Positions 45,474-56,274 of a DNA stretch of 64,000 nucleotides are shown one piece after another. The DNA is from an uncultured Methanosarcinaceae archaeon (GTDB lineage Archaea; Halobacteriota; Methanosarcinia; Methanosarcinales; Methanosarcinaceae): the NCBI GenBank assembly GCA_963733675.1, contig CAVTET010000001.1, positions 896,001-960,000 on the forward strand. The letters are read 5' to 3'. Positions within the stretch are counted from its first letter, which is position 1. The number at the start of each line of letters is the position of its first letter. The position numbers were made by a program, and so were the translations under genes. The notes under the pieces were generated by a model. It was given only the letters and a program-made list of their open reading frames with translations. It was not told where the DNA came from and did no database searches.

Positions 45474-46976
45474 ATGGCAGAAAATGAAAATATAGACACT
45501 GAGGAATTAGCTACAGAAACTGTACGATCGGATGTTAAAAGCATTTTTCGAAAATTTTCTGAAAACATCTGGGATATCCCTATAGGCCATATTCCGAATA
45601 TGAAAGTTCCAGGCCGTTTATTTGTGTCCGAACATTTACTTGAAAGCATTGAAACCGGGACTATTGGCCAGATTGCAAATGTGGCAACTCTACCTGGGAT
45701 TCAAAAGTATTCAATGGCAATGCCTGATGCCCACCTTGGCTATGGTTTTGCTATCGGGGGTGTTGCAGCTTTTGATTCAGATGAAGGAGTTATCAGCCCT
45801 GGTGGAGTAGGCTTTGATATTAACTGTGGTGTAAGGCTTATTCACACCAACCTTCAGAAGGAAGAAGTAGTTCCATATGTAATGAATTTAATTGACGAGT
45901 TATTTTATAATGTTCCTTCAGGTGTCGGTTGCAAAAGTAGGTTCAAGGCTTCTGACAAGGAACTGGATGATTCTTTTCTTCACGGTGCAAAGTGGGCTGT
46001 AGAATCCGGCTATGGTGTAGAAGCTGATGTTGAACATTGTGAGGCAAATGGCTATATTGAAGGAGCCGATCCTTCCATGGTTAGCACGAAGGCTAGAAAG
46101 AGGGGTAAACCTCAGTTGGGAACTCTTGGAAGTGGGAATCATTTCCTTGAAGTTCAGTATGTGGATAAGATTTACGACCGAGAAATAGCATCTGCCTTCG
46201 GACTTGAAGAAGGCCAGGTCACGGTTATGATCCACTGTGGATCGCGGGGTATGGGGCACCAGGTCTGCACAGATCATCTCAAGGAACTCTATAAGGCTGT
46301 AAAGAACTATGGGATCAATATCCCAGATAAACAGCTTGCCTGTGCTCCTGCTCAGTCCAGAGAAGCACAGAACTACTTTAAATCCATGCTCTGTGCTGCA
46401 AATTACGCATGGGCAAACCGTCAGATGATCACTCACTGGACAAGAGAATCTTTTGAAAAGATATTTCGGAGAGATGCCGATGATCTGGGAATGGATCTTC
46501 TTTATGACGTTGCTCACAACGTGGCAAAGCTTGAAGAGCATACTGTGGATGGCAAGAAAAAGGAGGTATACGTCCACAGAAAAGGGGCAACAAGAGCATT
46601 TCCTCCCGGGAATCCGGAAGTTCCGATCCTATATAGAGATGTAGGTCAACCAGTTCTGATTCCTGGGAGTATGGGGACTCCTTCTTTTATACTATGTGGT
46701 GCAAAAGAGGCTATGGATATTTCTTTCGGCAGTTGTTGCCATGGGGCTGGCAGGATAATGAGCAGGATGCATGCAAAAAAAGAATTATGTGGGCAGAAAA
46801 TAAAGGAAAACCTTGAAGCTCAAGGTATTACAGTGAGAGCAACTCATCCTTCTGTAATTGCAGAAGAAGCTCCAAATGTATACAAGTCCAGCATCGATGT
46901 AGTAAATGTCGTTCATGAGCTCGGAATTGCTCATAAGGTTGCAAGAGTCCTCCCTCTTGGGGTTGCGAAGGGTTAG
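45474..46976 (+). CDS. rtcB: tRNA-splicing ligase RtcB
   Basis: MPDAHLGYGF, GFDINCG, GSGNHFLE, HCGSRG, DVAHN, HRKGAT, PGSMG, HGAGR and EEAP motifs. Confidence 0.96.
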   Translation: MAENENIDTEELATETVRSDVKSIFRKFSENIWDIPIGHIPNMKVPGRLFVSEHLLESIETGTIGQIANVATLPGIQKYSMAMPDAHLGYGFAIGGVAAFDSDEGVISPGGVGFDINCGVRLIHTNLQKEEVVPYVMNLIDELFYNVPSGVGCKSRFKASDKELDDSFLHGAKWAVESGYGVEADVEHCEANGYIEGADPSMVSTKARKRGKPQLGTLGSGNHFLEVQYVDKIYDREIASAFGLEEGQVTVMIHCGSRGMGHQVCTDHLKELYKAVKNYGINIPDKQLACAPAQSREAQNYFKSMLCAANYAWANRQMITHWTRESFEKIFRRDADDLGMDLLYDVAHNVAKLEEHTVDGKKKEVYVHRKGATRAFPPGNPEVPILYRDVGQPVLIPGSMGTPSFILCGAKEAMDISFGSCCHGAGRIMSRMHAKKELCGQKIKENLEAQGITVRATHPSVIAEEAPNVYKSSIDVVNVVHELGIAHKVARVLPLGVAKG

Positions 46977-47113
46977 GTGCTAGAAAATCCGAGCTGAATA
47001 CAAAATCAGGATTGTGTGAAAGCTTTGATCTGCAGGATAATTTTTTTAAGCCTAATTTTTCTTCCAATTTTTGGCATATAATCGTGTAAACTTTTTCACT
47101 CCTCTGCAGTACA

Positions 47114-48223
47114 TCATGTATCTTCCAGTTCTTCTATGATATATGAGTCAGGACTATAAAGCTTGGGATTCTTATTAAATCTAAATTCGATCATGCTTGA
47201 GTACGAAGAAGTCTCAAAAGGTGTGCCGTTTTCCCGGAATATATTCGAAAAATATTCAACAAGGTTACGGATAAACTTTTCATTTTTGAAGTCATGGAAG
47301 ATCGTCACGGACTCTCTCTCAGGTTCAAGGCAAATTTCTATATTCTTTACAAGTTGAGTTGCTAGGTACATCCTTTTAAATTGAATCAGTAAATCAGGAA
47401 GAGCCATATCACTTACTGATTGTTTGCACATACGTTCAAGAATTTTGGTCGGGTTTGGGATATCTCCAGTTGCAAAAATTTCTAATTGACTCCTGTGTAA
47501 AGTCACTAGATTATATTTTTCACAATTATAAGTATACATGACCTGGGTCCAAAAATCCGTATTTTCATCAAGTTCCTTACATATAATGTCAAGGTATCCA
47601 AAATGTTTTCGAATCCCTGGCATGGTCTCATTAGGAGATATAGATGAATTTTTTTTGAAAGAAATCTGGGTTGAGTTTGCTCTCCTGAACATATTCTCAA
47701 CATCAAGTTGTTTCCATCTGGCTAGAAAGTGAGCTACAAGCTGAGCAAAAAAATCACGACTATTTACTGTAGCATTGGAAAAAATTACTAGCGCAGATTC
47801 TGGGTTATGAATATCCTCACATTTTATCGAAGTCCTGATTGCCCATTGGTAACTTTTAAAAATTCTATTCAGGTACTCTTCAAGCTGTTTCATGTCTTGA
47901 ATCTCGAATGGGTTAATCAACTCATTAACAAGCTCTTCATTAATAAGCCGGCCTTTAATATATCTAAACAGACATTCCAATATAGTTTTATTTATGACGA
48001 CATTTTCTCCACTTTGGATTGTATCATTTAACTCTTCTCTTGCAGGGTTTTCCTTTAGAAATTTGATTGCTTCGTCGATACTTTTGTGGTATGTCAGAGC
48101 TGTATCAGCGACTTCAATAGTATCCCTGACCGCCGCACTCAGGTTTCCATCATTGGCATCCATAAGGGGCTGTAATTTTTTAAGGTACTTGTCATCAAGG
48201 GATATATTTTTTCTGATCAGCAC
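47114..48223 (-). CDS. Conserved hypothetical protein with an N-terminal ribbon-helix-helix-like domain
   Basis: 369-aa ORF beginning RKNISLDDKYLKKL...GNLSAAVRDTIE. Confidence 0.75.
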   Translation of the reverse strand: MLIRKNISLDDKYLKKLQPLMDANDGNLSAAVRDTIEVADTALTYHKSIDEAIKFLKENPAREELNDTIQSGENVVINKTILECLFRYIKGRLINEELVNELINPFEIQDMKQLEEYLNRIFKSYQWAIRTSIKCEDIHNPESALVIFSNATVNSRDFFAQLVAHFLARWKQLDVENMFRRANSTQISFKKNSSISPNETMPGIRKHFGYLDIICKELDENTDFWTQVMYTYNCEKYNLVTLHRSQLEIFATGDIPNPTKILERMCKQSVSDMALPDLLIQFKRMYLATQLVKNIEICLEPERESVTIFHDFKNEKFIRNLVEYFSNIFRENGTPFETSSYSSMIEFRFNKNPKLYSPDSYIIEELEDT

Positions 48224-48391
48224 ATTTTCACACTACCTGATCCGGTTTATGGATCCTTTATACTACGATTCATTATTAATGCTCACAAAATTAGGATTTT
48301 TTCATGCTTCCATTCTAAAATTTAGAAAATTTCTTTTTTAATCAAGAGATATTTTTCAAATTATAGGAACTTTACTTATTACTTCAATTTA

Positions 48392-48477
48392 GAGTTTTTT
48401 GATAAGCTTTATTTGCATAATTATTTATATACTATCTATATGCATACTACAAAATATGGAGGTTTATTTTAATCCTC
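48392..48477 (-). mobile_element. ~90-bp MITE, copy E (diverged, inverted)
   Basis: GAGTTTTTTGATAAGC...GGTTTATTTTAATCCTC with the family interior. Confidence 0.55.
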
Positions 48478-50399
48478 TTTATAATATTTGTAAGTACTAC
48501 CAAATATTAAATCTTTCTATTTAGTGTTATTTTTTGGTAATTTATCTGATAAATCTCATCCCAAAAGGTATTATACTGATACTATTCGGCTTACAAAGAA
48601 CTCATTATTTGACATGTTTAATATTATGTTGGTATGCTTTGTCCTATTTTTGGGATCAAATTATAAAATGATATATATTTCGATAAATGTTTACTTTATT
48701 TATTGGTTTGCAAACTGTTTCGAAATGAATCGTAAAAATTAGATGTTTCTCGTAATTCTCTATAGTCAACAAACTTTTTACTTAGTTTTTATTCTTTTTA
48801 TATTGTTCTCTACTTTTTGATCTTTATTTTTTCTAATTTTTGATAGCGTTTTAGATGTCGAATTTGGTATATTACATGGTTGATAAGTAAAATATTAACT
48901 ATTGTATCAAAATAAAATAACTAAAATATTGAGATGAAACAAAAAATATATATTTCTTTATTTTGTTTAGTTATAATGTGGAAAACTGATACCTCAAATC
49001 TCATTTTGATAAATTTTAAAGGCTTCCAATTGATTTTTGACGAAAATATTAGGTTTTATATCTAATGTAAATTATATTGTTAAACTAAGGAGAAATGGGT
49101 CCAATGGTACTTAATTTTTTATTCAAATTGAACTTTTTTTATTATCAAACTGAGCGAGTGACAAATAATCAGGAATGTGTAATACTGATTCACAATTCTG
49201 TATATATAAATGCTAAAACAGTGTACAATCTGTATTAGAAAATTTAGAATGTGAAGAGGACTGGCATAACCTGAAGGATCACTTAATTGGTTCCCTTTTG
49301 TCCTTACAGTTTGTCTAATTTGTGATGATATTCTAATCTCAATAAATAGTTAGACATTTTTTAAAACTGTAATTTTGTGAGTAAATACGTGCAGTTCCTG
49401 TTCGAATCTTGGGAGTAAGTCTAAAAATACTATCAGGTTCTTACAATTTATAACTAACTCACGATCTTCAAGGTAATGACAGTCCAAAAGAGCGAGTTTG
49501 GGAGTGGTTTCATAAGTGTCTGGCAATTTGTATCAAAGTTCTTAGTCAGCCAGACACTTTCCTCCTAATAAGAGAAAATTATTTTGTGAATAAGCTTTTA
49601 AAATGAGTTCATCAGGGAAATCAAAACTTGTTTTTTTGAATCTTGTATTTTAAAGAATAATCGAGCTTTGTATTGCTTCTAGAATGTGGAGGGTCATGAA
49701 TTCCTCTCTTTTAGGTTGGAGACTATATGTACTCTCAAATCTTTCTGTTTCCATAAAACCTTAAATCATAGTTTCTTTGAAAATGAGTTTATTTTTGGCA
49801 CCATGTCAGGTATAGTCTCTCCACCTCTTACTAGGCCATGATACGTATTTAATTAAATACTTCTATCTATAGTTTGAATCCTTTAACTCAATCTATATAA
49901 TAGAGTTGGTACCTAAGTCTCGATTCAATAATATTCTACTTCCTTTCTGCAGATGTGCGGAAGAATGCCATCACTCCATATCCCATACCTAATTGTTGTC
50001 TCTTTTTCAGTTTTAGAATAATCGCAAGAGTGCTGATTTTTGGCTCGCTATTAAACAGTAGATAGATGTGGTTTTTGTCAGTTCCAATTTTTAGTATTTC
50101 AAAATCGATCTCCTTTTCAATAATTTTAATATTTTTAAAAACCTATCAGATGCCTTTTATTTTCCCCAACAAAATCCCCTGAGTCATCTATGAGGTTCTA
50201 TCCCCTAAGACTTCATAGAATCTCCAGTAGGAACGATTATAACCTTAGGATTGACAAATCTGTCCTAGAAAAACCAGAAGACCTTGATAAAGAAAAATGG
50301 TTTTTAATCCTTGATGAATTAACCAATGTGTATGTATACTTTGGAACTTAAACTTATTGAGAAAAGAAAGAAACAGAACTGAAAAAAGGGAAATCATGT

Positions 50400-50888
50400 A
50401 TGAAAAGCACTGTTTACAAGAAGATAATGATTGCAACCGACGGCTCGGAACTAGTACAAAAAGCAGTTGATTCTGCAATTGAAATTGCAAAGCTAAGCGA
50501 AGCACAGCTGTGTGCTATATATGTGATTACACTGGGGAGCTATTCGATAACTCCATATATAGATGCAAAATGGGAAAAAACAATGAAAGAGCATCTCAGG
50601 CAAGAAGGTCAGGAAGCGACAGCGTATGTAGAAAACGTTGGCAGAGCCGCAAATGTTGAGGTAGAATCCATTATTCTAGAAGGAAGCCCTGCGGTTGAGA
50701 TTATTGACTTTGCAGAAAAAAACGATATTGATCTTATCGTTATGGGTTCACACGGGAAATCTGCAATTCAGAGATTCCTAATCGGAAGCGTAGCAGAAAA
50801 AGTGATCAAACATTCAAAAATAGCCGTCCTTGTTGTAAGGAAAGAAACTGCTGAAAATGTATTATTAAATCTCATCCAAGTACTATGA
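50400..50888 (+). CDS. Universal stress protein
   Basis: YKKIMIATDGS and DLIVMGSHGKS...LIGSVAEKV motifs. Confidence 0.93.
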   Translation: MKSTVYKKIMIATDGSELVQKAVDSAIEIAKLSEAQLCAIYVITLGSYSITPYIDAKWEKTMKEHLRQEGQEATAYVENVGRAANVEVESIILEGSPAVEIIDFAEKNDIDLIVMGSHGKSAIQRFLIGSVAEKVIKHSKIAVLVVRKETAENVLLNLIQVL

Positions 50889-50921
50889 AACTAGAGGTTA
50901 TGATACTGGAGATTGTAGACC

Positions 50922-51701
50922 ATGGTTGATTTCAGTGCCTCTTTATTTCCTGCATTAATAGTTGTTTTTTTAATACTCTCACAATCTATAAAAATGGTTA
51001 ATGAATATGAGAGGGCAGTTATTTTCAGGCTAGGTCGTCTTAGTGGTGTAAAAGGACCGGGTATATTCTTGATTATCCCACTTATCGATAAAGTGATTAA
51101 ACTGGACCTTAGAGTTGTTACCGTTGATATTCCTAAACAGGCAGTAATCACGCGGGACAACGTTACGGTTGAAGTCGATGCCGTTGTTTATTATAAGATA
51201 GTTGAGCCGGGAGCCGCTATAACTCAAGTTGAAAATTATAAGTTCGCAACATACGCCCTTTCACAGACAACACTTAGAGATGTGCTGGGTCAGATGGAAC
51301 TTGATGGACTGCTTTCGGAGAGAGAAAGTATCAACAAGCGAATTCAGGAACTTCTGGATGCGAACACCGATCCGTGGGGAATTAAGGTTACAGGGGTTAC
51401 GATTAGGGATGTATCCTTGCCGGATACAATGAAAAGAGCAATTGCCAAACAAGCTGAAGCCGAGAGAGAAAAGCGTTCAAGAATAATCCTTGCAGAAGGA
51501 GAATCTCAAGCTGGCCAAAAAATGTCGGAAGCAGCAGCTTTCTATCAAGGAGTACCTACAGCGATCAAACTGAGGGAATTGCAGACTCTTGCTGAGATTG
51601 CTAGGGAAAAGAATCTGATAGTGGTTACTCAGTCACAAGCCCTTGAAACCGGAAACATAGCAGCTTTATCTCAGGCTATTTCTAGAAAGAAAGAGGAATA
51701 A
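50922..51701 (+). CDS. SPFH/stomatin (slipin) family protein
   Basis: YERAVIFRLGR, ITRDNV, QTTLR, WGIKV and QAEAERE motifs. Confidence 0.93.
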   Translation: MVDFSASLFPALIVVFLILSQSIKMVNEYERAVIFRLGRLSGVKGPGIFLIIPLIDKVIKLDLRVVTVDIPKQAVITRDNVTVEVDAVVYYKIVEPGAAITQVENYKFATYALSQTTLRDVLGQMELDGLLSERESINKRIQELLDANTDPWGIKVTGVTIRDVSLPDTMKRAIAKQAEAEREKRSRIILAEGESQAGQKMSEAAAFYQGVPTAIKLRELQTLAEIAREKNLIVVTQSQALETGNIAALSQAISRKKEE

Positions 51702-51726
51702 AGGTGAAAGAAGAGTTTAAAGGGGA

Positions 51727-53058
51727 GTGATGAGCAGGAGAGGACCGACAAACAGTCTTATGGAAAGGGTTACCAGTTCCCTCTTTGTTTTATTCTTGTG
51801 CTCCATTCTTATAGCCGTCTTTGCTCATGTTGCTGGGGCAGGATCTGACAATAAGGTGATTGTACTTAAAATTTCAGGAGCCATCACCCCGGCTTCAGGT
51901 GATATCATAGCTAATGCAATCTCGAAAGCTGAAAATGAAGGCTTTGAAGCTTTTGTAATTAGCCTTGACACACCTGGAGGAGGGTTGGAAGAAACACAGG
52001 CAATCATAAAGAGAATTGGGAATACAAGGGTTCCTGTTATTGGATATGTGCCTGAGGGTGGGAAAGCTTGGTCAGCTGGTACTTTTATTTTGATGGGAAC
52101 TGATATTGCTGCAATGGCTCCTTTCACTGTGATTGGTTCAGCGCAGCCAGTGCAGATATCTGCAGAGGGAACAAAACCCATCGAAGACGAAAAAATAATA
52201 AATGCCCTTGTCAAATATTCGGTTACAATTGCCAGTAAACACCTAAGAAATGAGACATTTGCAGAAGAAGTTATAACCAAAAACAAAAATCTTGATGCGC
52301 AAGAGGCACTAGATGCAGGTGTAATAGAATATATAGCTCCTTCTATCTCCGATTTGTTGACCCAGATCAACGGAAAGGTTGTGAAAGGAAAGATTCTCAG
52401 AACTGAAAGCTTCAGCATTGAAAACTATGAACCTTCTCTTTCTCTAGCTTTCTTGGAGCTAATCTCAAATCCAATTCTCTCTTCTCTTCTCCTAATCATT
52501 GGGCTTTATGGGATCATCTTTGGAATTTCAAATCTTGGATCAGGGGTAGAAGTTTTTGGAATCATTGCGATAGTACTTGGGTTAGTAGGTACAGGTTTTA
52601 ATATCAATGTGGGTGCAATCTTCCTTATAATTATAGGGGTCGGGCTTCTGATCCTGGAAATTAAGATTTCAGGCTTCGGAATTATCGGGTTTGCCGGTTT
52701 CATCAGCCTTATAATAGGAAGTGTACTCCTTGTACCTATTGGAGATGAAAATATCTATACTCCCGAATTCAGGAGGCTTATGACTTTGACAGTTATCATC
52801 CCTACGATTGTCTTCGGGCTTTTCCTTGTCTTCGCAATTTATAAAGTAACCGAAATCCGAAAGAAAAAACCAGTTATAGGGACAATCATAGGTGATACAG
52901 CCCGAACAATCGATCCTCTGGGACCAGAAAAGTCAGGATTTGTTCGGTATAATGGAGAATACTGGCAAGCTAGATCTGAGGAAAAAATAGAAGTTAAAGA
53001 AAAAGTTGAAATAATTGGAAAAGAAAAGGAAGTACTTCTAGTAAAGAGAAAAAGTTAA
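51727..53058 (+). CDS. nfeD: NfeD-family membrane-bound ClpP-class serine protease
   Basis: LDTPGG, AWSAG, AAMAP..IGSAQP, a TM block, and a C-terminal OB fold with GEYWQA. Paired with stomatin. Confidence 0.9.
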   Translation: MMSRRGPTNSLMERVTSSLFVLFLCSILIAVFAHVAGAGSDNKVIVLKISGAITPASGDIIANAISKAENEGFEAFVISLDTPGGGLEETQAIIKRIGNTRVPVIGYVPEGGKAWSAGTFILMGTDIAAMAPFTVIGSAQPVQISAEGTKPIEDEKIINALVKYSVTIASKHLRNETFAEEVITKNKNLDAQEALDAGVIEYIAPSISDLLTQINGKVVKGKILRTESFSIENYEPSLSLAFLELISNPILSSLLLIIGLYGIIFGISNLGSGVEVFGIIAIVLGLVGTGFNINVGAIFLIIIGVGLLILEIKISGFGIIGFAGFISLIIGSVLLVPIGDENIYTPEFRRLMTLTVIIPTIVFGLFLVFAIYKVTEIRKKKPVIGTIIGDTARTIDPLGPEKSGFVRYNGEYWQARSEEKIEVKEKVEIIGKEKEVLLVKRKS

Positions 53059-53080
53059 TACTTTATTTATTTTAATCAAA

Positions 53081-53105
53081 TGTCCTACAGCTTGCTGCGG
53101 GATGA
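53081..53105. repeat. Solo IS200 end hairpin
   Basis: cctacagcttgctgcgggatg is close to the reverse complement of the IS200 end at 40926-40952. Confidence 0.55.
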
Positions 53106-53335
53106 AACGTTGGGAACTTATAGAGTCGTAGGGAAAAATGGCGTGAATATTACCTTCTTGCTGTGCGGTGATCCAGTGCTGTCACTTCCGTAAAAGAAAA
53201 TTACTCTGTAAAAATCATACAAAAGCTCAGAAATAGGGGTCTGGCTAGGTATAATTCATCTATAAACCCGCAATAGGTTGAATTTTAATCCAGGAACCTA
53301 CATTAATAATCTAATTAAAAGTATTTTGCGTTGGT

Positions 53336-53530
53336 TTGAACTTGAAAAGCGAAAAGATAAAAATTGCGATAGCAAATGTGTTGAAAAGATTGGACATCGC
53401 CTATGTAGATGATGACACATATAAACGGCTAGTCAATATCGGCCTTCAGTATGACTATATTGAAAGTGAACTTTTGGAACAACTGATTGAAGCTGAACTT
53501 ATTATACTGCTAGATAGGCGCAGTTTTTGA
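53336..53530 (+). CDS. Small hypothetical protein
   Basis: 64-aa ORF with protein-like composition. TTG start and no clear RBS. Confidence 0.4.
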   Translation: MNLKSEKIKIAIANVLKRLDIAYVDDDTYKRLVNIGLQYDYIESELLEQLIEAELIILLDRRSF

Positions 53531-53682
53531 AAGCTTTTGAAACTGTTTTTTAATTTATTTACTCTCTATTCTGTTACAGAATTTTTGTGTAAAAACATTT
53601 GTGTTTTCAATTTTCATATTTACCACTATCTTTTTTTCAGGTGCCAAAAACATATAAATCTGCAGTCCTTTAAATCCTCGAC

Positions 53683-54570
53683 TATGCCTTTAAAGGAAGA
53701 TTCTTATGAGCCCTATTCAGAAGTTACAATTGGCAGTATAATTTATGGTACAATAGGGGTTTTCCTAGATAAAGTTCAGAATATGTCCATTGAGTTCATG
53801 CTTTTCTCAAGGTTTTTTTGGCTTCTTCATGATTTTTATTTACCTGCTGTTTAGTAGAGGGCTGGGCCAGCTTAGACTTAGAAAAAATAGCAGGTACCTA
53901 ATGCTTCTAGGTCTTCTGAATGCAATTACAAGCATATGCTACTTCTCCTCCAATAAATATAGCGGGATTTCCGTTGCAGTCCTTCTGCTTTATATAGCTC
54001 CAGTATATGTTAATTTGCTTGCTCGTACGATTCTTGGGAAACGAAATAGCAGAATAAGCCTTTTCACCTCTCCTTGCAGCCGCAGGTGTTTTACTTATTG
54101 CTCGCCCGGGAGAATTTCTGATGAACGTGGATACAGAGTCAAATTTTCAGAAATGCCTTATTTTTAGCCTATTTTCAGGGCTGTCACTAGGTACAACCAT
54201 AATTCCGGTTCGTTATCTAATATATGATTATATAGGGATAACTCAGACATTTTGGATGACTGGAATAAGTCTTCTCATTATGCTTCCTCCAGCATTTTTA
54301 ACTCCTCGTCCACTTTTCTTTAAAAATATTTAATACTCTAATGATGTTCAGATTCACTATTACATTTGCTGCCGTTATTTATCTTAGAGGAGTCTCAGGA
54401 ATCAGGGTACAAACAGGTAGCATTCTTGCTTTTTTAGAACCAGTATCAGGAATCTTCTTTGAATTATTATTCTAAAAAATCAAGTCTACATCTCTCCCCT
54501 TCTTGGCTGCGGTTTAATCTTCACAGCAGCTTATGTTGTAAGTAGAAGGGATCTGGGTAAATGAATGACA
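53683..54570 (+). pseudogene. EamA/DMT-family transporter, multiply frameshifted
   Basis: IYGTIGVF, SVAVLLLYIAPVYV and GSILAFLEPVSG fragments lie in several frames. Confidence 0.8.
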
Positions 54571-55280
54571 TGTTTGATAGTTACTCTAAATTCTCTATTA
54601 ATACAGCAAAGATCTTTCCCCATACTATGCAATGTTTTTTTTAGAGTAATAATCTTCCTAAAACAATTGAATACAGGGTACAATTCGTCATCTATGGACA
54701 GTTTGATTGTGATAAATTTTAGGTTCAAAATGGAGTATATCATCATAGCAGTAAAACTATATTCTGGATTTGGGAAAACAATGATCTAATGAATGAAAGA
54801 AGAGTCGAAAAAGGATCCGTTCAACTGGATATAGGCATAATTCTATCAAGCGAGGAGGAAACTCCGGTCATGATAGAAATCAATTCCACTGTCTTTTTTC
54901 TTTGTTCGGCATCGATTTGTCCCCTATGTTGGATCATCGTATAATCCTTTTGAGAGACTATATGGTCAAATTTCGGTATTTGTTTGCTCATAGGGTACAA
55001 CGGTCTCCTGGCTGCAAAATTAGGTATCCATTTAAGAAGAACATTTGATTTAGCTATACTAATTCCTATAGTTCCTATTTATGGCGCTACTGGAGAGAGC
55101 GTTTTAGCTATATTGCCTGTTTCAGAAGGAACAACAGCTGCGGCAACTATCCCATTTATATTAGTACTAGCAGCTTTTGCATACCAAGAAGAGATTTAAG
55201 AATTACGTAGGCGGGGGAAAAAACTTTAATGAAATTGAGGTCTATATGTCAGGAAAACTATCTCCACCACCAAATATAAT

Positions 55281-55425
55281 GCAACATTGTTATATTTGAT
55301 ATGCGTATATTAGTTTGATTATGAGTTTGGATATGTTTACTATAAATGATATTGCTAATGCAACTATTAGTTCCTGCTACAAAAACGAGTAGATTAGACT
55401 TCAATATTTATTATTTGTTAGAAAT
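55281..55425 (+). repeat. Dispersed intergenic repeat, copy 2
   Basis: Homologous to 29191-29335. Confidence 0.65.
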
Positions 55426-55668
55426 ACTTTAGAGATCCTTTTATTATTTTATGGTATTTATATTCGATTTTCTTATTTTAACTCTAAATCGTACGAAACA
55501 ATAAAATTTTAATTTCATTTGTATTCGGTTAAGATACCATCTATAAGAAGTGTGTTATTCCTGCTGTTTTTTCTGAAAATCTATAAATGCAAATCAAGAC
55601 AAATAGATTATTGCAGTAGTCATTTTAGCGTTAAAAATATTTCTTAACCAAATACAAATGGGGGTGAC

Positions 55669-55821
55669 ATGACGGAGACAGAGGAAAAAGATCGCTGTGA
55701 AAGAAAAGAGAAGATAAAAGACTCGCTGGAATCACTGCTTGAAGAAAAATTCCGAAATCAGGTTCGTTCGGATTATCGGCGCAGTTTGGGTAACGAATAT
55801 CGCAGAAGATATATGGAATGA
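55669..55821 (+). CDS. 50-aa charged small protein (below the ORF-track cutoff)
   Basis: GGGGTGA RBS, then MTETEEKDRCERKEKIKDSLESLLEEKFRNQVRSDYRRSLGNEYRRRYME*. GC-richer than its flanks and followed by T-rich tracts. Confidence 0.6.
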   Translation: MTETEEKDRCERKEKIKDSLESLLEEKFRNQVRSDYRRSLGNEYRRRYME

Positions 55822-56274
55822 TGCTATGATACTTGCTTTTTATCTTTTTCGTTCTCTTTTTCATTTTATCTCAGCTAACTTTACCTACATTTTTTTGTAA
55901 TTATTCATTTTTGGGGAAACAAAATCATTAGCCATCTTATTTGAAATTTAATCGGGAAAGAAATATAGCTCTTTGAGCTCGATTGATATATATTCAAAAT
56001 ATCTTCAAAAAAAATAAAATATTTTAGTTGAGAATAATGCATAATCTCTACTTTAGGAGTCTACAATATTAAATTCTCTAGACATAATTACAAAAAATAG
56101 AATTAAGATGTATAGACGAAGTTTTTTTCTTGTAAACTAGTGAGGGGAAATTGTAAAAGAATAAGAATATTCATTTGGAACTACAGAAAATCGGAACTAC
56201 TGATCTTGGATAAAAAGTTATATAGGTATAAGTCATAAAAGCTTAAGGGTTGTTTATTTATCCCGGGTGCTTTC

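Noticed and set aside
49380-50330. Possible decayed transposase or other gene
   Set aside because: Composition looks coding-derived, but I could not recognise any family motif.
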